47,434 nt of DNA from Catajapyx aquilonaris (lineage: Eukaryota), in contig KZ538787.1 of NCBI GenBank assembly GCA_000934665.2, forward strand, positions 1 through 47,434. Direction: 5' to 3'. The position numbers and the translations under genes were made by a program. This document shows positions 12,731 through 22,776 of the stretch, in pieces. Numbering within the stretch: position 1 is the stretch's first letter; each line of letters starts with the position of its first letter. Below the pieces are notes generated by a model. That model was not told where the DNA came from. It saw nothing but the letters and a program-made list of their open reading frames with translations, and searched no databases.

Positions 12731-13272
12731 TTGAGGGTGTGAGTTTGTCCCTGATAGAAATCCAGGGGAAGGCCGCCCATACGCCCCCTTAAACTAGCAT
12801 ATCGGGGGTTTCATTTTTCGAGGAATTTAATGCCGCATGTTTCAGCGTCCGAAAATGAGCCTAACTCCCACGCCACCCTATACCTCCTCTCTTGCACCAT
12901 TATCCGACAACAATATATCATTAGCAGGGATCAAAATATTCGGATGCAAAGGTGCAATTTTCACTCCAAAGTAGTTATATCTGCATTCCAAACTGAGCCT
13001 TGGAATGCAAAGCTTGCACTCCAGTTGACCTGCTCTTTAACATGGCTGAACCCAGTAATTAAAACTTAAGCACTCCATGTAAGTAATTTGCACTCCAAAT
13101 GAAAGTCTGGAGTGCAAACTTTGTGCCTGGACAAAAAATTTAAGATTCGACCCCTGCATTAGGCACTGTTAATTTTTGTTTGAGGTCATCTGCATAGAAA
13201 CTTGAAAAGTGCCAGAGGAGCATTCTCAGCGATATCGAGTGTAGGCCTACTCTTTCTATTTCTCAATCAAAT

Positions 13273-13556
13273 GACCGAAGCAGTTTGGAGGAGGGTACAT
13301 GGTGTCCGACTGCTAATCGGGAGGTCCTGGGATCAAATCCCGGGGGCCGGCAACTCTGACCGTGGTTTTCTGTGGTTTCCCACGGTCCTTCCAGGATAAT
13401 TCCGGAGTTGCTTCCGTAATTAATAGGCCACAGCCGCTTCCTTCCGTCCCTATCCTATCCCAATGAGCACAGTAAAACGAAAAGCAAAGAGTTCCAGGCA
13501 AAACAAACTTCCCCCCTAAAGAGCCGATGGCTGATAACGGGTATGAATTATTATTA
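13273..13556 (+). mobile_element. tRNA-derived SINE, family A
   Basis: Reverse complement of 3713-4007; TSD TATTTCTCAATCAAATG on both sides. Confidence 0.9.
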
Positions 13557-14262
13557 TTATTTCTCAATCAAATGCCTCCAAAGAAGCGTTACAAGTTTGG
13601 ACAATTTCCTGCTGCCAAAGGTCAACAAACTAAAAGGCAGCATGACACAGACAGTCAATGCCAGTCCTGTGTAGAACTTAAAGCAGCCAGACAAGCTGCA
13701 CAGAAGCAACAACACGACAATGGCTTTCCATTTCTGCATACTGAGAAGTTGTGTCGAACAATATAGACACCCGACTAACATGTGCAACAGCTTTGGCTCT
13801 GGAATTATCAATTGCTGCAATAATATTGAAGAGTATGGTGCAAGAAGCCTGGGGTAAGTCAATTGTTAATCAACGTTCATTTGATGGGTAGCCTAGACTA
13901 GATTGATAAAAAATTGCCGGATCGTTCGGTACAAGAATGGGAATCATCACCTTGTGCAGGGTGACATACATACCCTTCTGCCCTTCACAGGTAATGACAA
14001 ACTTTGGCTTGTTGTTTTCAGTTAGCCTACCCCACAATACGGCCCATGAGGCCAGTTTTAAGGCATATCGAGTGTATATAGCATAAGATCAAAAACATTC
14101 CCTTGAGTGAAAAAAAGGGTAGTAAGACCTCCGTGCCGGAATGAAAGTACTGAAACAAGGCAGGCGCACGTAAGACCTTCCCCAATTGATTTAAGCTGTA
14201 CCACAGGTCTTACTCAAGCAATTCTAAATTTACTGCTCCTAGATCATTTTTTAATTCACTGA

Positions 14263-14460
14263 CTTTAATGATTTGTCCGTAATGTGCTGGATTTTTAAGT
14301 GGGAGGAAACGGGAGAGCCCTGACAAAACCCACGCAAACGGAGAGAACCTCGAACGATCGAAACTCTACCCACATATAAGTATATCATCCTCCGTCCGAT
14401 CCGGGGATCAAACTCCGGACCTCAGAGGTGGAAGGGTGTGGCGCTAACCACTGCACCGTT
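14263..14460 (-). mobile_element. SINE family C, diverged copy
   Basis: Aligns by eye with 12530-12720 and 31050-31245. Confidence 0.75.
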
Positions 14461-14509
14461 ATGCTATCCGCACGCATTTATGCACAATATATTATTGTCG
14501 CCTCTTTTA

Positions 14510-14865
14510 GATACAGTATTGATTTTAATATTAAAAGAAAAAGTCAGAAGGGGCCAGACCTGGCGAGTAGGGTGGATGAGAGAGGTCAGAAGGAACAATC
14601 CTTCGCAGCAACCAGCAGCAATTAACCATATGTAAACCAGTGCAGTGTGAGCAGGAGCATTGTCTTGCATAAGTAGAGCACCTCGCGTCAATTTCCAGGT
14701 GTCTTCTTGTTCAGCTCCTCCCGGGCCTTGTCGAGCAGGTGGGCATATTACTCCCTGTTCATTGTGCATCCATTGCTGTAGGAAGTCAAGCATAACCATA
14801 ACCATTGCTTCCCAGAAAATGCTGGCCATCACTATATTTTTCAAATGCGGCAAATGCCACACAAA
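14510..14865 (-). pseudogene. Degenerate mariner (DD34D) transposase fragment
   Basis: ASIFWEAMVMVMLDFLQ, LLMQDNAPAHTA and a frameshifted HPPYSPGLAPSDFF match the mariner SVFWD, HDNAPAH and YSPDLAPSD motifs. Confidence 0.85.
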
Positions 14866-16745
14866 TTATATTCTTTTCCTATAGTTTAGTTTGTCAACTT
14901 GATTATTACCAGAAAAGCTTGCAGAATGGAGCAATTACTATAATTATGAAGACCTCGGGCTCGGGGGAAGAAAGATCTAGGTCCACCTCAGGTGAAACTG
15001 AGCTATTCCAATATATTAAATTTCGAAGGCCCATAAGGTTCCATATAGTAAATCCCACATTCAGGGCATTGTGACCCGTATAATCATTACTCCACAACCA
15101 CGACCGAACCATCATATTCTACACTATAGTGAAAGTATCTTATGAGATATTTAACTCATTATTGACAAAAAGTGGACCTTGATCGTTCTTCCCCGAAGGT
15201 CTTCATATACAGGGGAGACTGGTGCACAGTCGTCCACTTTTGCACATTTGAATTTTTATCATAGTTCCTGTTATATACCTACACACCCAATATTTTCCAG
15301 CATGGTGCATGTACTCATTGGTAATACACGCCACTAATATATTCACAGGCAGAGCCATCCATTTAGCTTAATAATATTTTAGAAGCTGCCCTATGCAAAT
15401 GGACCACTGTACGCCGATGCCTGGAGCACAGCAGTGGTCCGGAAGTGATTGGGACCCCTAATTCATACAAGAAGTATATTTCATATCGTACATCTCTAAC
15501 CCTTCTAAATAAATAAATAATTAAAAGGGGCTTCTGTTACTGCAACCTACGGACACAAGACAGTGAAACAGCGTCTCTCTCCGGAAAGTAGACCTTGTCC
15601 TGCCACATCCTTTGGCGCATGAACTTTATTTCATACTAATTAGTGTCTGTTAAAAACATCGATAATATTAAAATGCTTGCGGTGTTTGTATAAGCCCTCT
15701 GATTGGTCCGCCCCCATATTATTGTTGCCACCACCTCCCCATTGGCCCGCGTTCATTGTTACATGGACGTATTGTTACCATGACGCCTCCAATTGGTCCC
15801 AGTTCTGAGTATGAACAATAATGGGTGGAAGAACGCCACAGTCACTTGCTGGACGTCAACGAGGACACAATCATCTCCTCTCCTGTGATCCATCATCCTC
15901 CACCCACATCTTCACGGTGACCTCACAACAGGGGAGGGGGAGAGGAGGGGGTAAGGAGGAATGGTCGAATTGGAACGTCGTAAACAAACCGGACATAGGG
16001 TAAGGTCGGGATGTTGTTTATTAGTGATACCAACTACATGGACGCTCATGAACAAAGTAAAATAATTTCAGTTTTTAAAACAAGGTCCTTCCTGTCACTG
16101 TAGGAAGAGTTGGTAAGCAGAATTAGCTGCGAAATTCAACACTTTACCCGGGGATAGGCCAAGAACGCCAAAAGAAAATGCCGGGAAGAATGAAACCTGA
16201 TTTTGATCATCTAATACAAACACTGCCAAGTTCCATGGCTGTATTTACAATAAAGGGAAGTTATGAGCAGTTAGAAAAACCTGGTCGGAAAGTGTGCATA
16301 GTCATGAACTTATCACTTGGAAAACCAGGGACTATCTGCACCAAGACCTCTGAGAAGCCCCAGGGTAGAACCAAAATATGGGAAGAATGAGATAAAAGGA
16401 AATGTGGCTGATAGGTTCTGTCCTTTCCCAGTAGTCAGCCAGTATAATTTATTGATCCCATATGGTAGCGTACCCCTTTCCTACAAACTATGGCGGTTCC
16501 GTTCAAGTAGGGGTCATTTCTTGGAAGTGAAAACATGCACAGAAAGGGTCAAGGGCCTATCTTAGGCAGGACATGTTGAAACATTTTTCCATTTGTGACA
16601 TGACTGTAGTTGTATATTGTCGCGGTCCGGACAAAATTGCACTGTGGTCTGGATCCGGACAGCGGTCTGCCAGTTGAACAGCCCTGACCTAGAACCTCTC
16701 TACCATCCCTCAAAGCGTTGGGATGTTAAATTTCACCTCCCTGTA

Positions 16746-16853
16746 TGTACTATATCGCTCAAAAAGATAGAGACGATTGGCATTTGATTCAAGTGCAAGT
16801 TGCACTTGAGTCAAATGCAAAATCGTCTCTATCTTTTTGGGCGATATAGTACA
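16746..16853. repeat. Near-perfect 108-bp palindrome (MITE-like)
   Basis: TGTACTATATCGC...AAGTGCAA-G-TTGCACTT...GCGATATAGTACA. Confidence 0.85.
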
Positions 16854-16858
16854 GTACC

Positions 16859-17229
16859 CAGCCCACGGACACTTATACTACGTTCTGGCGTTATCAGCTG
16901 CCGAGGCATTTTGCACCGGGCGCTCACCTGAGACCGCCAGGAGCGAGGCCAGGAGTCATTTCGGGGGCCACGACATAGTGGCGACCCTACCGGACTACGG
17001 CTGAACTTTATAGGTACGAAGGGGGCCCAACATGGCCGCCGGCGGCCATGTTGGGCCCCCCAATGTAGCCCTCTCCTTTCGTACCTATAAAGTTCAGCCT
17101 TAGTCCGGTAGGGTCGCCACTATGTCGTGGCCCCGGAAATGACTCCTGGCGGTCTCACGTGAGCGCCCGCTGCAAAACGCCCCGGCAGGGGGTGGGTGGG
17201 AGTGACCAGACCTTACTTATATGACCGTG
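16859..17229. mobile_element. Hairpin DNA element with 8-bp TSD and offset subterminal inverted repeat (Zisupton-like), copy 1
   Basis: TSD ACAGTACC at 16851-16858 and 17230-17237; termini CAGCC-CACGG ... CCGTG; internal spacer-less palindrome 16898-17188. Confidence 0.8.
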
Positions 17230-17698
17230 ACAGTACCATTGAGAGCGAAAATCTCAGCTGACTTGGCCTACCTGATTCATTCTCATAAATGAGCACAACG
17301 CTGGCTATGTGACTTCTACAGCTTAATATAAGTTTTCATAGCTGCCCTAATTCTGCCTCCACCTCCATTATTATTCATAAACAAAAATATAAAGAGCTTG
17401 TGGGAAATTGCCAACATCATATCCCATGCACTTATGGAAAAAAAAGACCTGCTTGCATGTATGAAGCAGCTACATCAGGATTGGGGATCGCGAATTATAT
17501 GAGATGATTTTCTGGGGTTGCCAGCGACAAAGATTGGGAAGCACTGGTCTAGACAGTATGGCCCAAGGTAAATGGTATTATGACTTTCTGCTGGGCATTC
17601 TTCAGGACAGTTGTAATGTGCATGGCCACATGAGACAACTTACGTATCTCTCCCCTATGTTGCCTATCCGGCCAGGCCGTGTTCTAAACTGGCCTTAT

Positions 17699-19047
17699 CC
17701 CCTTCGGTACCAGATCTAGGCGATGAGATTCACTTCTGTTCAACTTGCATGTACTATGAAGGTGCGGACCAGATATTTTACAAAATAATAACAGAGCTGT
17801 TATTATTTTGTAAAATATCTGGTTTTGTGTTTACAGCGATGTTTTTTTGGAATTAATTTTGCAACTTCTAGAAGTGGAAAATTGTTCCAAGCGTAGCCTA
17901 TTCATAGTGTACAGCATGTATGTGTAAGTATAGAGCTATACTTACACATACATGCTGTACACTATGAATTAATTACACAAAATTAATTCCAAAAAAACAT
18001 CGCTGTAAACACAAAATTAAATTACGGCCGACCAACTGTTAGGCTAATTTAATTATGAAATGCGTGAAAATATGCGGAACAATCTTGAGAACCATGCCAG
18101 ACGAATTTGCTTCGATTGTCGTACTTCGCGAGAAATAAATTAATACTTATTTGCGGCTTTCTGGGACTTCGCGAGAAGCAAATATTTGGGAATTTTCCGA
18201 AGTACCACAAAGCCACAAATAAGCATTAATTTATTTATCGCAAAGTATACGACGATTCCAGCAAATTCGTCTTGCATGGTTCTCAAGGTTGTTATTCCGC
18301 ATATTGTCACGAATTTCATAATTAAAACAGCCTAACAGTTGGTTAGCAGTACTCTAATTTCGAGTTTTTACAGCCTTGTTTTTGGAAATTGAGTGGGTCA
18401 GAATAATAATGGCATATCCCACCCAAGGGTCGAATTTGAGTTTTTGGTGGCTGTGATTGCAAGATACATCAATGAATCAGTTCCATAAGTTGGAGCCAGT
18501 TTGGAGCAATACCTTTCTATTAAATCCACATTTACATTGATATGACTCCATTAAAAAGTATTATTCTGCACACATTTAAACCTCGAATATCTCAAAAACA
18601 TTTGTGATTGGGATATGCCATTATTATTCTGACCCACTCAATTAATTTCAGGACTTCTAGACGAGTAAAATTGTTCCAGACACATTCACAGTGTTTTTAG
18701 TATAGCTGTTATTATTTGTAAAATATCTTGTGCGTGTCTTCGGAGTACACGTAATCCAAAATCTATGTGGTTCGGGCCTGTCTGGTAGCGAAGGGGTTAA
18801 CGTATTTCATAATTAAATCAGCATAACAATTGGCCGTCAGTAATTTAATTTGGAGTTTTTACATCGATTTTTTTGGAAATTAATTTTGCGAATTCTAGAA
18901 GTGGAAAATTGTCCCAAACATATTCTTAGTGTACTGCATGAATGCGCAAGTATAGCTGATATTTGTAAAATATCTTGTCCGTATCTTCAGAGTACGTGCA
19001 AGTTGAACAGAAGCGAATCTCATCGCCTAGATCTGGTCCTGAAGGGG
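17699..19047. mobile_element. piggyBac-like fold-back element, internally rearranged, right arm duplicated
   Basis: TTAT|CCCCTTC...CCAGATCTAGGCGATGAGATTC vs GAATCTCATCGCCTAGATCTGG...GAAGGGG|TTAA; a second right end GAAGGGG|TTAA at 18796; central palindrome around CAAATATTTG (about 18184). Confidence 0.75.
18391..18639. mobile_element. MITE with GAG...CTC termini and AATT TSD (Sola-like) nested in the fold-back element
   Basis: About 31-bp perfect TIR GAGTGGGTCAGAATAATAATGGCATATCCCA; AATT on both sides. Confidence 0.8.
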
Positions 19048-20265
19048 TTAATGACGATTTTCTTATGGGAAAGAGGTACCAGTATTCAATGAATTTTGTT
19101 TCCAGATAGATGCCCTAAAGTCAGCAATGAATCCCTGGCTTGTATTCTCAAGTGATACCTGGTATTTGGCCCTTGGTGGTATGTTTTCCGGTGGCATGGT
19201 GGCGTGTTGTGTTAGTAAATCTGGGGCTGGTTTGACTAACCTGGGGCTGGTGCCAGACTAACTTGTGCCTGACAGACGGCTGACTCGTGCAGCCTGGGGC
19301 AGTGCTGAATTGACTGGTGCCCTGTACTGGTGACTTGAAGGTGGCAGATGCTGGTGCCATGGTGTGGCTAGACTAATAATAATGGATGGCCTGTTGGCCT
19401 TGCTGTACTTTTATTTATATTATTTGTGATTTGTGATTGTAATTGTAATATACAGCATTGGGCTGTGGGGCTCCAACATTGGGTCATCCCACCTGCCCCC
19501 TCTCCAGTATGCCCCAATGGCTTCTCAAGCCATACCCTCTGGCACAGTGACACCAAAATTGAATAGAGAGAAAGAAAAACCGCACAAGTCCATTTTTTGC
19601 GAAAATGAGATTATTATGGGATGTGGTAGTCCTTGTCCCATGTGCATGTGCATAGGGTGATGGAAAAGAAACACATGTCACTTGCACGAGTAAGGCAGTA
19701 GAACGGGACAAAGTATGGAAGAACAGCTCAGATCCTGGACGTGTGCTGTTCTTCTGTCTCTCTTCTTCCGTTTCAGCCTCATCCAATTTATCGTTACACT
19801 ATAGTGATATACCCGAGTCTTTTCCTGCCACACGTTTTGATTTCCAATAATGTGTTGTAATCCTGACACATTATTTTGATTTCAAAATAAAATTCTTGGA
19901 AAAGGTAAGGAAGAACAGCACAAGTCCACATTTTAACTTACATTATCTCGATAGTTAATTAATCTAGTGCGGACCAAATTACATTTCTGGAATTGTATGC
20001 CTGTCTACTAATATATCCTAAAGTATGAACAGTCAGTTGTGAACAGTACGCTCTGTGGTCAGTTTTTTCTCTCTCGTGAAAAATGTGCATTTTGTGACGT
20101 GCGGTTTTCTTTCTCTCGATTCAATTGTTTTGAGTTAAGTATTCTCACTGGAAAATACCCTCTCATATCATTCCTTTTCAAATCACTTCCATTGTTTGAA
20201 TGTCAAAATCCTAATGAAATTAGGTCACATTTCATATACATAGAAGAAAACATTTGCATACAAAC

Positions 20266-20355
20266 CCGGGATGGAAAAAGAACAGAAGAAGCGGTTCTTT
20301 TTCCATATGCCCTTATGGAAAAAGAACCGCTTCTTCGGTTCTTTTTCCATCCCTG
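20266..20355. mobile_element. 90-bp hAT-like palindromic MITE
   Basis: CCGGGATGGAAAAAGAAC...GTTCTTTTTCCATCCCTG; 8-bp flanks ATACAAAC / CTACAAAC. Confidence 0.75.
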
Positions 20356-21721
20356 CTACAAACACTGCCACCAGTTGTTCCAGATAAGCTGTGCCCAACG
20401 TTCATCCAATATTTGTACTGGAAGTAAGGGTAATACACTCCCAAAGTCATAATTTCTGATATTAAACTAGCTCATTCACTTTTATTTTGAAATCACAATG
20501 ACCTCATAGGTGGACATAACACACATCTTTTAAAACACTTGAGCCTAACACTAAAGATCAATAAACAATTAGAAAAGAAAGACCCGGCATTGTGTTACTT
20601 TCTATCTGTGACATGGAATGACAAATCAACTGTCCAAATACAACTGGTCTAAAGACAGTAATATTTATGTCCACTATGGTGGCATCGGGTCGAGATCTGG
20701 ATTCCCAGTCAGACCCCAGCCATACCACAATGTTGCCTTACACGGTTGTTTTTCTTCACTTACCACAGTACAACATAAGTGGTATAAGAGCCAGCATCAT
20801 AAATAATACAAGTAACATTACATCTCCCTCTGTAACTAATTGGCAAAGGATTGCAAGTGACCAAAATGGGAACAAAAGCAATTGAAGTAGCACTCTGCAC
20901 TTTGCTGCCCACATATATAAATCACTCAGATCCTAAAAGTGAACATCATATGCATATATTTAAAGTAGTCCTGCCCAATACACTGTTACATTCTAATTGA
21001 ACTATTAAAATGACAATTGCACTATGTTGCACCCAAAAGCATATTACATGAGTAATTGTTGCACGGAGCTTCTTAACGGGTCCATAAAACCAGTATATAT
21101 GGTAGGTACAACAGAATAATGAACATCCTCCACACAAGGAGAGCCCACTAACTGGACTGTCACAGATTTGCATGAAACTGGCACAGTAGATGTATCAGAG
21201 ATTGAAAATTCACTGATAGGAGCGATTTTTCCCTCCAGCCAGCAGTTTTTGAACTCGAAGTGAAAATAGATTAGTAACCTACTTTCACATGTAAGGCAAG
21301 TGAAGACCGGAGAAGCATGAAGAGCAGGCTGGCTGGTCAGTGTGCACTCTTCTCGGGCTCCTGCTCTCACTTGCCTTACCTGTGAAGGTAATGATCACTA
21401 ATATATTTTCACCAAGTTCAAAAAATGCCAGTTGTCATGATGGAAAATCGCTCTCATCAGTGAATTCTCAACCTATGATCCACTTACTGTGCCAGTTGAA
21501 TAAAAATCTGTTCAAGTCCAGTTTTGAGCTCTCCTTGTCAGTACAGTATACCCAACTTAAAAGGTTGGTTTGACATCCCCACTGTGCCCCAAATTAGCAT
21601 CATCAGCTGTGCGCTCCCATGGAAAACTACACTACAAATTCTATACAAATTCTGTGCCAAGAAACTTTTTCCAGTCAGGTGTACTATTCTTCATGGAAAG
21701 GTCATTATTTTGCCATGCATC

Positions 21722-21954
21722 CCACATATGAAAGCAGATGCATTATTGACTTGTTGTTTCACATTTTCAAAAGCTCAACACAAGGACCAAACATGTCATT
21801 TGCTTACTAGACATGACAGACCATAATTATAATATACCAACACATGAAAGCAGATGCATGTGTGACTTGATGTTTCACATTTTCAAAAGCTCAATGCAAG
21901 GACCAAACATGTTATTTGCTTACCAGACGTGAGAGACCATAATAATAATGTACC
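21722..21954. repeat. Two-copy tandem duplication, period 116 bp
   Basis: ATGAAAGCAGATGCAT...CAAGGACCAAACATG...GACCATAAT starts at both 21728 and 21844. Confidence 0.9.
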
Positions 21955-22493
21955 AGTTCAATTACACTCAGGAGGGTTTAAACATTTCCAAGATCTGCTT
22001 CTCATGCTAACAGAGGATAATAGGCAGGCCAGTCTTTGTTGGTATTACACAGTTGGCAAACAAATTTTCCAAGGTTATCCACATTACTACTCAATTTTGG
22101 TTTGCTTCACCCATGACCCTTTGCACATACAAGCTAACTTCTATCAATCATAAGTAAAATTACTCATCTGCCCTTCTAAGAGAAAAGGAGTATTAATTAC
22201 CTTTAACACAAGATGAGTCTGTAACTCTGGCAATTCCAGACAACCGGTTGACTGCAGTTAGGGGTATTACAAAAATGAAACATACGCAAGTAACTCTTGG
22301 GGAAGCGTGCATGCATGCGTGTGTGAGGGGAGAGGGAAAAACAAATGTCCAGGAATTTTTTCATTACCTTTCCTTAGGAGTTTTGCTTTTAGATGCAACC
22401 TACTTGCCGGTTTGTACCAAACATTTCTCTCAAGCTTCCAAATAAAAAATAAAATAAAAAATAACAAAATCAATGTGAAATGTTTCACATGTT

Positions 22494-22776
22494 TTAATTT
22501 CGCTTCTTTTTCTTAGATCTATCTGAGGCTGGAGATTCACCTGAGGTGCCTCCCCTGCTCCTCTTTTGAACAGTTCGAGGAGTCCCACCCCCTCCGCCTC
22601 CTCCACCACCGCCGCCTCCACCCTTAGGACCACGCCTCCTCTTCTCCTGCCTCTCCTTTTCTTCCAGTTCTTGATTCTCGCGTTCTATCAATGTAATCAG
22701 TGTGTTGCAGCGGCGTTGCAACTCCATGGCTGTACGTGACTTGATAAACCAGTCAAAGCGAAACTGTGGAGCTGAC
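22494..22776 (-). CDS. Iswi: ISWI last coding exon (end of SLIDE domain, poly-Gly, basic tail, stop)
   Basis: ctagcag|G TCA GCT CCA CAG gives [34 protein letters not shown]...KKKKRN*, TAA at 22496-22494. Confidence 0.95.

Noticed and set aside
13572..13860. MPPKKRYKFG... ORF with a downstream GTAAGT donor, possible plus-strand gene
   Set aside because: Stops after about 64 codons, no recognisable homology and no linked exons found; probably a decayed TE fragment.
19148..19869. Short ORFs on both strands downstream of Iswi
   Set aside because: No recognisable domains or convincing splice structure; better explained as UTR or intergenic DNA.
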